A stretch of 64,000 bases of DNA from an uncultured Alphaproteobacteria bacterium. GTDB lineage: Bacteria; Pseudomonadota; Alphaproteobacteria; CAVTAV01. The notes under the pieces are model-generated. The model saw nothing but the letters and a program-made list of their open reading frames with translations. It ran no database searches and was not told the DNA's origin. Position numbers and translations under genes: made by a program. Within the stretch, counting starts at the first letter, position 1; the number at the start of each line of letters is the position of its first letter. Positions 28,666 through 40,487 of this stretch are shown here, piece by piece. The stretch is taken from the NCBI GenBank assembly GCA_963821875.1, contig CAWGFE010000002.1, positions 739,643 through 803,642 of the forward strand, written 5' to 3'.

Positions 28666-28772
28666 CGGTGGGAGGTTGGACAGGCGACCCGAGCAGAACT
28701 CGTTACGGCTGCTTCCTTCCGGATCTGACCGGGTTGGCGAGGGGCTCGTCCGCCGCCAACCTCCCGGCCCTA
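28666..28772 (-). ncRNA. ffs: signal recognition particle RNA (4.5S / SRP RNA, small bacterial type)
   Basis: The minus strand reads GGGCCGGGAGGUUGGCGGCGGACGAGCCCCUCGCCAACCCGGUCAGAUCCGGAAGGAAGCAGCCGUAACGAG...CCAACCUCCCACC. It contains the universally conserved domain IV motif GGUCAGAUCCGGAAGGAAGCAGCC, and the 5' GGGAGGUUGG pairs with the 3' CCAACCUCCC. ffs sits immediately upstream of dnaX, as in many bacteria. Ends are approximate to within 5 nt. Confidence 0.75.
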
Positions 28773-28908
28773 GTATATCGGCTATTTGACCGGGAGGGGC
28801 AAGGGGGCGATCCCGCGTGACGCCGCACCGGGCGGCGTGCCGGGCTTCGCGCGTTGCGGCTCTCCGCCCGGTGTGGCAGGCTCTGGCCTCCAATCGAAGG
28901 AATCGCGG

Positions 28909-29847
28909 ATGTCCGACACAGATTATCGCCCCAATCCCATGGCTTATGTCGGCAATCCGTTGGACCGGACCGGCAATCTCCGCCTGAACGAAGATTGGGT
29001 TCATGCGCGGCTCGCCGATCCGCGGACCCATTTCCTGCCCATCTGGCGATTGCACCCGCTGGTCAGGGGCGACGAGACAAAGAGTCCCGCCTGGGTGAGC
29101 CTGGACGTCGCCAAGCCGTTCCTCAAGGACTCGCTCACCGTCATTCTCGGCATGGTCGGCGACATCGCGCATTTCGCGCTCGATGTTTCGAGCCTTGAGG
29201 CGGAAGAGGCGCAGACTCTGTTCGACGGCCACGGCGATTTCGCGGATCTCTGGACGATCCATGCGCATGTTCCCGCCGGCGAGGCGGCGATCCTGGCCAC
29301 GGCCCGCGCCATGACCGACTGGCATCGCCGGCATGGTTTTTGCGCCGTGTGCGGCTCGCCCACTTTGGTCAAGCAGGCCGGATTTGTCCGGCGTTGCTCC
29401 AACGAGGACTGCAATTCCCAGCATTTTCCGCGCACCGACCCGGTGGTGATCATGCTGATCCACAAGGGTGACCAGTGTCTGCTCGGCCGTCAGGAACGTT
29501 TCCCGCCCGGCTGGTTTTCCACGCTCGCCGGATTCATCGAGCCGGGCGAGACCATCGAGGAGGCGGTGCGCCGGGAAGTGATGGAGGAAACCGGAATCCG
29601 GGTCGGGGACGTCGCCTACAGACACAGCCAGCCCTGGCCGTTTCCCTCGTCCCTGATGATCGGCTGCATCGGCGAGGCAAAGTCCGACGAGATTACCGTC
29701 GATTTCCATGAACTGGCGGACGCACAGTGGTTCGATCGCGCCGCCGTGCTCGCGGCCCTAAAAAGCGAGGAAGACGCCGGGCTCCGCGTGCCGCCGTCCC
29801 ACGCCGTCGCCCATCACCTCATCGCCCATTGGGCGACCGGACGATAG
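28909..29847 (+). CDS. nudC: NAD+ diphosphatase (NADH pyrophosphatase), Nudix family with zinc ribbon
   Basis: CAVCGSPTLVKQAGFVRRCSNEDCNSQHFPRTDP zinc ribbon and Nudix box GFIEPGETIEEAVRREVMEETGI. ATG at 28909 is in frame with ORF 28786..29847. Confidence 0.8.
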   Translation: MSDTDYRPNPMAYVGNPLDRTGNLRLNEDWVHARLADPRTHFLPIWRLHPLVRGDETKSPAWVSLDVAKPFLKDSLTVILGMVGDIAHFALDVSSLEAEEAQTLFDGHGDFADLWTIHAHVPAGEAAILATARAMTDWHRRHGFCAVCGSPTLVKQAGFVRRCSNEDCNSQHFPRTDPVVIMLIHKGDQCLLGRQERFPPGWFSTLAGFIEPGETIEEAVRREVMEETGIRVGDVAYRHSQPWPFPSSLMIGCIGEAKSDEITVDFHELADAQWFDRAAVLAALKSEEDAGLRVPPSHAVAHHLIAHWATGR

Positions 29848-29950
29848 AAAAAGCCGGTCGCCCTGAGCTTGTCGAAGGGCGCGCAACATCTCCGGCGCCT
29901 GAAATAACGGGCGTCGACAGGCTCAGCCCGAACGGCGATTGGCTTTAGAC

Positions 29951-30829
29951 TTATTTCCCGAACCGCGTGGCCGGATAAACGCCCAGAATTCTCACGTGAT
30001 TGGTGAAGAAGTCGAGCTCCTCGAAGGCGAGCTTCACGGCCCGCTCGGACGGGTGGCCGACGATATCGGCGTAGAACTGCGTGGCGTTGAACGAGCCGCC
30101 GAGCTGATAGCTCTCCAGCTTGGTCATATTGACGCCGTTGGTGGCGAACCCGCCCAGGGCCTTGTAGAGCGCCGCCGGCACGTTCCGGACCTCGAAGACG
30201 AAGGTCATCATGGTCGGCCCGTCTCCGGGCTTCGGCACCTTGGCATCGCGCGCCATGATCACGAAACGGGTCGTATTGTGCTCGGCATCCTCGATATCGC
30301 TGGCGAGGATCTTCAGGTCGTAGGTCTTCGCGGCCAGCTTGGACGCGATCGCCGCCACGCCAGGATCGTTCAGCGCCGCCACCTCGTGGGCCGCGCCGGC
30401 CGTATCGGCGTGCACTTCGCCCCTGTAGCGGTGCTTGCGCAGGAATTTACGGCACTGGCCGAGGGCGTGAATATGACTGCGTACGACCTTGACGCTTTTC
30501 AAACTCGCGCCGTCGCAGCCCATGAGCTGATGATTCACCGGCCGGAAATGCTCCGCGATGATATGCAGCTTCAATTCAGGCAGAAGGTGGTGATTGTCCG
30601 CGACGCGTCCGGCGACCGAATTGTCGATCGGGATCATGGCGTATTTCGCCTCGCCCTTTTCAACCGCCGCGAAAGTATCCTCGAAGGTGCGGCAGGGCAG
30701 CGGCTCCATCTTGGGGAAGACCTCGAGACAGGCGGCATGGGAATAGGCGCCCGGCTCGCCCTGAAAGGCGATCAGGCGGTCGGCAGCGCTCTTCGTTCCT
30801 GATTTCGCTTTGGTTTTCCGTGTCGCCAT
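29951..30829 (-). CDS. pheA: prephenate dehydratase
   Basis: IAFQGEPGAYSHAACLEVFP..., PDT domain ...TRFVIMARD..., ESRP signature within the C-terminal ACT domain. The likely start is MATRKTKAK at 30829. Confidence 0.85.
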   Translation of the reverse strand: MATRKTKAKSGTKSAADRLIAFQGEPGAYSHAACLEVFPKMEPLPCRTFEDTFAAVEKGEAKYAMIPIDNSVAGRVADNHHLLPELKLHIIAEHFRPVNHQLMGCDGASLKSVKVVRSHIHALGQCRKFLRKHRYRGEVHADTAGAAHEVAALNDPGVAAIASKLAAKTYDLKILASDIEDAEHNTTRFVIMARDAKVPKPGDGPTMMTFVFEVRNVPAALYKALGGFATNGVNMTKLESYQLGGSFNATQFYADIVGHPSERAVKLAFEELDFFTNHVRILGVYPATRFGK

Positions 30830-31086
30830 GGCTTCAGCCCCGCTCGCCGCGCCTGCTTGCGGCCGGCGGAGTATCCGGGCCGGACCGGGCCGTGTCAATT
30901 GCGCCGTCCGCGACGGCCGGCCCCGCGAAAAGGGCCTTGCGATTGCCTCTCATTTTCCGCGATGCAGCAAGGGCTGGCTTTTACCGGCTTTACGGCTTGC
31001 ACGAGCCCAAAAGAGACACTAATCTCCGCCCAAATTCCCCGACCCGTCCTAGGCAATCTAGAGGCAGTATCTTGTACACAATCGAA

Positions 31087-31791
31087 ATGAATAAGATCGC
31101 TGGTGCGGTCTTGGCCAGTCTGTTGTTCGTCAAAGTCCTCGGTATCGCCGGCGAACATTTCTTCGAACCGGAGCAGCAGGCAAAGATAGCTTTTCCTGTC
31201 GTCGTCAAGGAGGCGAGCACCTCCTCCTCCAAGAAGGAAGAAAAGAAAGGCCCCTCCTTCGAGTATCTGCTGGCCCATGCGGATCCCGCCAAAGGCGCCA
31301 AGGTATTCCGCAAATGTCAGGCCTGCCACGATGCCAAAAAGGACATGAAAAACATGACCGGTCCACATCTCTACGATGTGATCGGTCGCAACATCGCCTC
31401 GGTGTCGGATTACAATTACAGCGACGCCCTGAAGAAGCAGAAGGGCGTGTGGACCTATGACAAGCTGAATAAGTGGCTCACGGATCCGCGCACCGACGTG
31501 CCGGGCACCAAGATGTCGTTTGCCGGCCTGCCCAAGACGAAGGACCGGGCCGAAGTGATCGCCTATCTGCGCCAGCAGAACGACAACCCGCCGCCGCTGC
31601 CCAAGGTCCCCGAGGACCAGGCCGGCGCGAAGTCGGGTGATCAGGGCGCGGCCGCTTCCGGCGATTCCGCGGCGAAGCCCGCCGCCAAGGGCGATGCCGC
31701 CGCGAAGCCTGCGGCCAATGGTGGCGAGTTCAAGAGCGGCGAGTCAAAGGGCGACGCGGCCAAGCCGGAGTCGGGCGCGAAGGCCCAGTAA
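31087..31791 (+). CDS. membrane-anchored class I cytochrome c (CycM-like) with Ala/Lys-rich C-terminal tail
   Basis: N-terminal TM anchor MNKIAGAVLASLLFVKVLGIAG, heme-binding CQACH, ...GTKMSFAGL (Met ligand region), then a low-complexity AAKPAAKGDAAAKP tail. Confidence 0.75.
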   Translation: MNKIAGAVLASLLFVKVLGIAGEHFFEPEQQAKIAFPVVVKEASTSSSKKEEKKGPSFEYLLAHADPAKGAKVFRKCQACHDAKKDMKNMTGPHLYDVIGRNIASVSDYNYSDALKKQKGVWTYDKLNKWLTDPRTDVPGTKMSFAGLPKTKDRAEVIAYLRQQNDNPPPLPKVPEDQAGAKSGDQGAAASGDSAAKPAAKGDAAAKPAANGGEFKSGESKGDAAKPESGAKAQ

Positions 31792-32011
31792 TCCCGCGTT
31801 TCGCTGAGCGCTCATACAGTGATTGAATTGGCCGGCCTCACAGGGCCGGCCGTTTTCGTTAGGGCGAGGCAGATTGCCGCATGTCCGCGCCATTTCTTCC
31901 TTTTTCCGGTCGAATCCGGTTGCATCCCAAACGCCGAGTGTTGTTACCTAAGAGCCTCTTGGGTCCCCGGAGGTGATATGGAATGACGGAAACATCGAGG
32001 ACGGCTGTGGC

Positions 32012-33961
32012 ATGCCTTGGCGTGAAAATGGCGTTTGTTTTCGATGGAGGCTCGGCCTTGGGCCGATCGGAACCGGGACTTCAATAGTGCGTAATTTCTG
32101 TGCGGCAATAGCCTGCCTTCTGGTCGTAGGCGCGACGGCGTTTTCGGCCCCTGGATCCGCTGCCGAGAAAAAGACCGAGCATGTGACCGTCTCGCATGGC
32201 TGGTCGATCTACGGTCCGCAGGACCTGAAATACCCTCCCGGATTCAAGCATTTCGATTACGTCAATCCAGACGCGCCCAAGGGCGGTACGCTGCATCTGG
32301 ACGCGTCGGGCGCGTTCGACAGCCTCAACCCCTTCATCGTCAAGGGGCAGTGGGCCGGGTCGGTGTATTACACGCTCGATAGCCTGATGGTGGACGCTCA
32401 CGACGAGCCGTTTTCGAAATACGGCTTGCTGGTCGACAAGGTCGAGTTGCCGGACGACATCTCGTGGGTCATTTTTGACCTCCGGCCCGAAGCGCGCTGG
32501 CACGACGGCGTGCCCATCACGGCCGATGACGTCGTCTACACCTTCAATAAACTGGTCAAGGAAGGCAAGCCGCTCTACCGCTTCTATTACGCGAATGTCG
32601 CCAAGGTGGAGGCGCTCGGCCCGCATCGGGTCAAGTTCACCTTCAATCAGAAGAACAATCGCGAATTGCCGGGCATCGTCTCCCAGATGATGGTGATCCC
32701 CAAGCACTATTGGGAAAAGCACAATTTCGCCGATACGACACTCGATCCGCCGCTTGGCAGCGGCCCCTACAAGATCACCAAGGTCGACCCCGGCCGTGAA
32801 ATTACGCTGGAGCGGGTGAAGGACTATTGGGGCAAGGATCTGCCGGTCAATCGCGGCATGTATAATTTCGACAAGATCGTCATCGACTATTACCGCGACG
32901 ATAATGTGGCCTTCGAGGCGTTCAAGGCCGGCAAGGTCGATCTGCGCCAGGAAACCTCCAAGAATTGGGCCACGGCCTACAATTTCCCGGCCTACAAGCA
33001 AGGCCGGGTGAAAAAGCTCGAGCTGCCGAAGAACGACGAAAACACCATGTTGGGCTTTGCGTTCAACATCCGGCGAGACAAGTTCAAGGATCCGCGGGTT
33101 CGCGAAGCCTTGAGCGACGCTTTCGATTTCGAATGGCTCAACAAGAATATCTTCTACGGGCTTTACACTCGTACGCGCAGCTACTTCCGGGATTCGGAAC
33201 TCTCCGCGCGCGGCCTGCCGTCGCCGGCAGAGTTGAAGCTTCTGGAGCCGTTCAGGGATCAGCTCGATCCGAGAGTCTTTACCAAGGCCTATGAGCCGCC
33301 CTCCACCAAGCCGCCGAGCAGTCTGCGCCAGAATCTTCGAAAGGCCGTTACGCTGCTCAAGGAAGCCGGCTGGGAGATCAAGAACGGTAAGTTGACGCAG
33401 GTGTCGACCGGCAAGGTGATGACGATCAACTTCATCTATGTCCAGCCGGATTCGGAGCGGGTCATCGCACCTTTCGCCGACAATCTGAAGAAGATCGGCG
33501 TTCAGACCTCGATGCGTCAGATCGATGCATCTCAGGCGATCCAGCTTCTGAATACCCGTCAGTTCGATATGTATATCCACGCGTTTCGACAATCCCACAG
33601 TCCCGGCAACGAACAGCGGGAATATTTCGGATCAAAGTCTGCCGGTGTGGAGGGCAGCGAGAACTGGGTCGGGATCAAAAATCCCGCCGTCGACGCGATG
33701 ATCAACAAGATCATCTTCGCGCAGAGCCGCCAGCAGCTCATAACGGCCTGCCGGGCGATGGATCGCATTCTGCAGTGGAGTTTCTACGCGATTCCCATGT
33801 ATCACTCCGATTATTTCAGGCTCGGCGTGTGGGATAAATTCGGCCGGCCGAAGCATATGGCGAAATTTGCGCTCGGACCCGACTATATCGACAATTTCCT
33901 CTACACCTGGTGGATCGATCCGGCCAAGGAGCGCGCGCTTTTGAAGCGTGGAGGCGAGTAA
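32012..33961 (+). CDS. yejA: ABC transporter substrate-binding protein, family 5 (YejA-like peptide/microcin C uptake); start uncertain (ATG 32012 or GTG 32087)
   Basis: About 620-aa mature SBP_bac_5 protein with signal-like CAAIACLLVVGATAFSAPGSAAEKK. Followed by the two permeases and a fused double ATPase typical of yejABEF. Confidence 0.8.
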   Translation: MPWRENGVCFRWRLGLGPIGTGTSIVRNFCAAIACLLVVGATAFSAPGSAAEKKTEHVTVSHGWSIYGPQDLKYPPGFKHFDYVNPDAPKGGTLHLDASGAFDSLNPFIVKGQWAGSVYYTLDSLMVDAHDEPFSKYGLLVDKVELPDDISWVIFDLRPEARWHDGVPITADDVVYTFNKLVKEGKPLYRFYYANVAKVEALGPHRVKFTFNQKNNRELPGIVSQMMVIPKHYWEKHNFADTTLDPPLGSGPYKITKVDPGREITLERVKDYWGKDLPVNRGMYNFDKIVIDYYRDDNVAFEAFKAGKVDLRQETSKNWATAYNFPAYKQGRVKKLELPKNDENTMLGFAFNIRRDKFKDPRVREALSDAFDFEWLNKNIFYGLYTRTRSYFRDSELSARGLPSPAELKLLEPFRDQLDPRVFTKAYEPPSTKPPSSLRQNLRKAVTLLKEAGWEIKNGKLTQVSTGKVMTINFIYVQPDSERVIAPFADNLKKIGVQTSMRQIDASQAIQLLNTRQFDMYIHAFRQSHSPGNEQREYFGSKSAGVEGSENWVGIKNPAVDAMINKIIFAQSRQQLITACRAMDRILQWSFYAIPMYHSDYFRLGVWDKFGRPKHMAKFALGPDYIDNFLYTWWIDPAKERALLKRGGE

Positions 33962-35051
33962 TTTGCTCGCCTATATCATCCGACGTTTGATGCTGATGAT
34001 CCCGACGCTGTTCGGCGTCATGGTGATCAATTTCGTGATCGTGCAGTTCGCGCCGGGCGGGCCGGTCGAACGCGTGATCGCTCAGATGCAGGGCATGGAC
34101 GTCACCGGTACCGCGCGCCTGGGCAGCACCGGCGGCGAGGTCAACTCGGGAGCGAACCAGGTCGACGCCAAATATCGCGGCGCGCAGGGCCTCGATCCCA
34201 AATTCATCAAACAGCTGGAAAAGCAATTCGGCTTCGACAAGCCGCCGGCGACGCGGTTCTGGCTGATGATGAAGAACTACGCGACCTTCAATTTCGGCAA
34301 GAGCTTCTACCGCGACACGTCGGTGGTTGATCTCATATGGCAGAAGCTGCCGGTCTCCATATCGCTCGGCGTGTGGACCGTTCTGATCACCTATTTCATA
34401 TCGATCCCGCTCGGAATCCGTAAAGCCGTCAGGGACGGCTCGAAATTCGATGTCTGGACCAGTACGGTCATCATTATCGGCTATTCGGTGCCGAGTTTCC
34501 TGTTCGCAATTCTGCTGATCGTCCTGTTCGCCGGCGGCTCCTACTGGCAGATCTTTCCCTTGCGCGGTCTCGTCTCGGATAATTGGCACCAGCTTTCCTG
34601 GGGCGCGCGGATTCTCGATTATTTCTGGCACCTCGTCTTGCCGATCTCCGCCATGGTGATCGGCTCCTTCGCCACGCTCACCATGCTGGTGAAGAACTCC
34701 TTCCTGGACGAGATCCACAAGCTGTATGTCACGACGGCGCGCGCCAAGGGCCTGACCGAGAGGCGTGTGCTCTACGGACATGTTTTCCGTAACGCGATTC
34801 TGATCGTCGTCGCCGGATTTCCCTCGGCCTTCATCACGATTCTCTTTACCCAGAACCTGCTGATCGAAATGATCTTCTCTCTCGATGGGCTCGGGCTGCT
34901 GAGCTACGAATCTATCGTGAACCGGGACTATCCCGTGGTGTTCGGCACCCTCTATATCTTCACGCTTCTGGGCCTCGTGCTCAATCTCGTCGGCGACTTG
35001 GCCTACACGGTCGTCGATCCCCGGATCGATTTCGAAAAGCGGGAGGCCTGA
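33948..35051 (+). CDS. yejB: ABC transporter permease (YejB/OppB-like)
   Basis: LLAYIIRRLMLMIPTLFGVMVINFVIVQFAPGGP..., and the BPD_transp_1 EAA-like region ...TTARAKGLTERRVLYGHVFRNA. Confidence 0.85.
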   Translation: MEASNLLAYIIRRLMLMIPTLFGVMVINFVIVQFAPGGPVERVIAQMQGMDVTGTARLGSTGGEVNSGANQVDAKYRGAQGLDPKFIKQLEKQFGFDKPPATRFWLMMKNYATFNFGKSFYRDTSVVDLIWQKLPVSISLGVWTVLITYFISIPLGIRKAVRDGSKFDVWTSTVIIIGYSVPSFLFAILLIVLFAGGSYWQIFPLRGLVSDNWHQLSWGARILDYFWHLVLPISAMVIGSFATLTMLVKNSFLDEIHKLYVTTARAKGLTERRVLYGHVFRNAILIVVAGFPSAFITILFTQNLLIEMIFSLDGLGLLSYESIVNRDYPVVFGTLYIFTLLGLVLNLVGDLAYTVVDPRIDFEKREA

Positions 35052-35054
35052 GGC

Positions 35055-36094
35055 ATGTTCTTCGGGCTCCGGAAAAAGCCGCTGTCGCCGATCACGCTGC
35101 GCCGCTGGCGCAACTTCAAGGCCAACAGGCGAGGCTATTGGAGCCTGTGGATCTTCATCGTGCTTTTGGCGTTCACCCTGCCGGCCGAATTCATCTCCAA
35201 CGACAGACCCCTGCTGGTCGACTACAAGGGCGGTTACTACTTCCCGATCTTCAAGAACTATCCGGAATCGACCTTCGGCGGGTTTCTTGCAGAAACCGAT
35301 TACCGCGACGATTTCATCAAGAAGGAAATCGATTCCCATGGCTGGATGATCTGGCCGCCGTTCCATTACAGCTACGACACCGTCAACATGAATCCGCCGA
35401 CGCCGGCGCCCTCGCCGCCGTCGCTCGAGAATCCGCTCGGCACCGACGATCAGTCGCGCGACGTGCTTGCCCGGGTGATCTACGGGTTCCGTATCTCCGT
35501 TCTGTTCGGCGTCACGCTGACCTTCTTTTCCACCATTATCGGGGTGTTGGCCGGTGCGGTTCAGGGCTATTTCGGGGGCTGGACCGATCTGCTGTTCCAG
35601 CGCTTTATCGAGATCTGGTCCAATCTGCCGATCCTCTACATCCTGATCATTCTCGCGAGCGTTGTGGAGCCGAATTTCTGGTGGCTGCTGATCATCCTGC
35701 TGCTGTTCCAGTGGATGTCGCTGACAGCCGTGGTGCGCGCGGAATTCCTGCGCGCGCGCAATTTCGATTATGTCCGTGCGGCCCGCGCGCTCGGTGTCGG
35801 GAACATGTCGATCATCCTGCGCCACGTGTTGCCGAACGCCATGGTCGCCACCCTCACCTTCGTGCCGTTCCTCTTGAACGGTTCGATCACTGTGCTGACC
35901 GCGCTCGACTTCCTCGGCTTTGGCCTGCCGCCCGGCTCGGCCTCGCTCGGCGAGCTTTTGGCGCAGGGCAAGAACAATGTGCAGGCGCCGTGGCTCGGCA
36001 TCACCGGCTTCGTGGTGCTCTCAGTCATGCTGAGCCTGCTGATCTTTATCGGTGAAGCCGTGCGCGACGCCTTCGATCCGAAGAAGACCGGACT

Positions 36095-36098
<4 letters not shown>
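35055..36098 (+). CDS. yejE: ABC transporter permease (YejE/OppC-like)
   Basis: N-terminal ...RRWRNFKANRRGYWSLWIFIVLL, OppC-type permease, ...PLGTDDQSRDVLARVIYG. Confidence 0.85.
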
Positions 36099-37720
<1,622 letters not shown>

Positions 37721-37730
37721 CGGTCTGACG

Positions 37731-38681
37731 TTAGACGGCCATCGTCTCGAACTGACCCTTGGGGCGGAAGCGCCACAGATAGGACGGCACGGTCGCCTCG
37801 ACGGTCGTCGGTTTGATGCCGAGCGCCTTGAAGCCCTTGGCGCCCTCCGAAACGACATTGTCATAGGCCAGAAGCCGGACCTGATCGACGGTCAGCATCG
37901 GGTTGGGCGCCATCTGAAGGAACGCGGCCTGGAATTTCGCCAGTCCCGCCGGAATCTTGATGAGCGGGCGGCGGCGATCGGTCTCGCGCAGCACGATCTC
38001 CATCAGTTCCCGGAACGTATAGACGCGCGGGCCGCCGAGTTCGAAGGTTTTGCCGGCGGCCGAATCGTCCTCGAGCGTCGCCATGATCGCTTCCGCCACG
38101 TCGCCGACATAGACCGGCTGGAATTTCGTCTCGCCGCCGCCGATCAGCGGCAGGAACGGAAACATGCGGGCCAGCGAAGCGAAGCGGTTGAAGAAATCGT
38201 CCTCGGGCCCGAATACGATACTCGGACGCAGGATCGTCGCATTCGGGAAGGCTCCCTTGATGGCGTCTTCGCCGGCGGCCTTGCTCCGTGCGTATTTCGC
38301 GTCGGACTCCGCATTCGCGCCGATCGCCGAGATGTGCACTACGCGCTTCACGCCGGCGGCCTTCGCCGCCGCGCCGATCCGCCCCGGTGCGTCGCCCTGA
38401 ACCGCACCGAATTTCTGCTTGCCGGATTCGAACAGGATGCCGACCAGATTGACCACCATGGTGGACCCGGCCACCGACGCCGCGACCGAGCGGTCGTCCC
38501 GGATATTGGCCTGGACGAGCTGGACCTGACCGACATCGCCCATCGGCTTCAGGAACAGCGCCTCGTTGGGCCGGCGCACCGCGACGCGCACCCGGTAGCC
38601 CTTCGCGCACAGCCGGCGGATGAGATGGCGGCCGATAAAGCCCGAGCCCCCGAAAACGGTTACGAGGGGTTGTGAGATCAT
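37731..38681 (-). CDS. NAD(P)H-binding complex I NDUFA9-like / NmrA-like short-chain dehydrogenase family protein
   Basis: VTVFGGSGFIGRHLIRRLCAKGYRVRVAVRRP Rossmann motif. The likely start MISQPLVTVFGGSGFIG is at 38681. Confidence 0.75.
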   Translation of the reverse strand: MISQPLVTVFGGSGFIGRHLIRRLCAKGYRVRVAVRRPNEALFLKPMGDVGQVQLVQANIRDDRSVAASVAGSTMVVNLVGILFESGKQKFGAVQGDAPGRIGAAAKAAGVKRVVHISAIGANAESDAKYARSKAAGEDAIKGAFPNATILRPSIVFGPEDDFFNRFASLARMFPFLPLIGGGETKFQPVYVGDVAEAIMATLEDDSAAGKTFELGGPRVYTFRELMEIVLRETDRRRPLIKIPAGLAKFQAAFLQMAPNPMLTVDQVRLLAYDNVVSEGAKGFKALGIKPTTVEATVPSYLWRFRPKGQFETMAV

Positions 38682-38781
38682 GTCTGATTCCTTCCGCGTC
38701 CTGCCGGGCGCCCGTGTCCCGGGCGCCGTCTTCAAGCGGCGCGCATCATAACCCCGCAGGCGCGTCGGGCAAAGTCTTCCG

Positions 38782-39438
38782 TCACGGCGCCGTCGACGAT
38801 GTTTCGGCGCCGGAAAGAAAGTGCTCCGTCAGCGCCGGGAAGCTGTCGAAACGCCGGTGATCGCCCGCGAGATCGAAATAGCCGTAGGTGACGTGAATGA
38901 AGGGAATCCCGCAGGACTGCGCCGCCTGCCGGTCTCCCTCGGCGTCCCCTATCATCACCGGCCGGACGAGCCCGTTTCGCGCGACGAGACCGCGCAGATT
39001 GTCACCCTTAGGGCGCTTCGTGTTGCCCCAGCACTCGAAATCCCGGATCGTCCGGCCCAGCCCGGTCTCGTCGAGAAACATCTCGATATAGCCGGCCTGG
39101 CAATTACTGACGATGAACAGCGGAAAGCGGTCCGCCAGCCGTTCGAGTCCTGCTTCGACGCCGTCATAGAGCACGCCGCCGAGATCCCGTATAAAGCGCA
39201 GATCCGCTTCCGATGTCTCCGTGATCAAGGTCTGGATGTGGTGTTCGGGCAGCCCGTCGAAGGCTTCCCGGATGGCGTCTTCATGCGGCCTTCCGGCGAC
39301 GGCCTGCACGTCCGGCGTGGTGATCTCGCGAAACGTGATACCGTTGCGCGCCAGCACATGGTTCCACGCCACCGCGCAGGCCGGGCAACTGTCCCACAAG
39401 GTGCCGTCGAGATCGAAGACGATCGAATCAGGGGTCAT
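38782..39438 (-). CDS. HAD-superfamily hydrolase (phosphoglycolate phosphatase-like)
   Basis: FDLDGTLWDS motif I DxDGT, ...FIVSNCQ (motif II), ...MIGDAEGDRQAAQSCGIPFI (motif IV). Confidence 0.7.
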   Translation of the reverse strand: MTPDSIVFDLDGTLWDSCPACAVAWNHVLARNGITFREITTPDVQAVAGRPHEDAIREAFDGLPEHHIQTLITETSEADLRFIRDLGGVLYDGVEAGLERLADRFPLFIVSNCQAGYIEMFLDETGLGRTIRDFECWGNTKRPKGDNLRGLVARNGLVRPVMIGDAEGDRQAAQSCGIPFIHVTYGYFDLAGDHRRFDSFPALTEHFLSGAETSSTAP

Positions 39439-39579
39439 GACATCCGAAGCTTTGAATTCCGAAGATCTTGCGAGGGTGTTTTACAAAACAATCGTTGGCA
39501 AGGGCACGGCAATGATTGTCTTTGTTGACTTTCTGTTTGTTGGGCGATATCGACAAGCCCGACTTCGGCGGAAGTCCTT

Positions 39580-39666
39580 GCCCAGGTGGCGGAATTGGTA
39601 GACGCGCTAGCTTCAGGTGCTAGTGGCCGTAAGGTCGTGGAAGTTCGAGTCTTCTCCTGGGCACCA
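39580..39666 (+). tRNA. tRNA-Leu (anticodon CAG), with long variable arm and encoded CCA
   Basis: GCCCAGGTGGCGGAATTGGTAGACGCGCTAGCTTCAGGTGCTAGTGGCCGTAAGGTCGTGGAAGTTCGAGTCTTCTCCTGGGCACCA. Acceptor stem GCCCAGG/CCTGGGC, anticodon loop cuUCAGGug, T-loop GTTCGAGTC. Confidence 0.9.
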
Positions 39667-39700
39667 TCACTCCTCGTTTCAATATCCGCCGGGACGCTGG

Positions 39701-40312
39701 ATGACCATATCCCTGCATAAAGGCGACTTGCCACAAGGCCTCGATTTCGGCGACAGCGTCGCCGTCGATACCGAGACCATGGGGCTCGATCCCTCGCGCG
39801 ACCGTTTGTGCGTGGTGCAGCTCTCGGCGGGCGACGGCAATGCCCATCTCGTGCAGCTCGAGCAGGGCAAGTACGACGCGCCCAATCTGAAGGCGCTGAT
39901 GGCGGATCCCGGAGTCACCAAGCTGTTTCATTTCGCGCGCTTCGACGTGGCGATGATGAAGCGCTATCTCGGCGTCGATGTCGCGCCGGTCTATTGCACC
40001 AAGATCGCCTCCAAGCTGGTGCGCACCTATACCGACCGGCATGGCCTCAAGGATCTCTGCCGCGAACTCCTGGGCGTCGATCTCTCGAAGCAGCAGCAAA
40101 GCTCCGACTGGGGCGCGGCGGAGCTGACCGAGGCTCAACTCGCCTATGCGGCGTCGGATGTCCTGCATCTCCATGAGCTCCGGCGCGGGCTCGATGCGAT
40201 GCTGGAGCGGGAAGGGCGCACGGACCTCGCGCGCCGCTGTTTCGCGTTTCTCCCGACCCGCGTCGAACTCGATCTCTCCGGCTGGGCCGAACAGGATATT
40301 TTCGAGCATTAA
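39701..40312 (+). CDS. rnd: ribonuclease D-like 3'-5' exonuclease (short alphaproteobacterial form)
   Basis: DEDDy exonuclease motifs: VAVDTETMGLD (Exo I), LFHFARFDVAMM (Exo II), AYAASDVLHLHEL (Exo III). 203 aa from the ATG at 39701. Confidence 0.8.
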   Translation: MTISLHKGDLPQGLDFGDSVAVDTETMGLDPSRDRLCVVQLSAGDGNAHLVQLEQGKYDAPNLKALMADPGVTKLFHFARFDVAMMKRYLGVDVAPVYCTKIASKLVRTYTDRHGLKDLCRELLGVDLSKQQQSSDWGAAELTEAQLAYAASDVLHLHELRRGLDAMLEREGRTDLARRCFAFLPTRVELDLSGWAEQDIFEH

Positions 40313-40487
40313 GCCATACCAGCGTCGATCCGGGGCGCCGGTTTCGGCTTATGGCTCGACATTTCTTCGCGCATTTCCCATATTTGGCATAGACTTTGCT
40401 GTAGAGGCGCCCCCAAAGCCGATCCCCCGGCGTGCTGGCGTGGATTCGTAAGATGGTGCGGGGCGGGCGAGACGGTTTTGTAACTGG

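Noticed and set aside
28580-28789. 69-aa + strand ORF (MNDHDANDHDANGHDVNDND...)
   Set aside because: Translation artefact of the 15-bp tandem repeat, and antisense to the SRP RNA.
39580-39666. tRNA-Leu as an integration site for a genomic island
   Set aside because: Flanking genes (HAD hydrolase, RNase D, lptCAB-rpoN) are conserved core genes. No integrase, no direct repeat of the tRNA 3' end and no compositional shift were seen.
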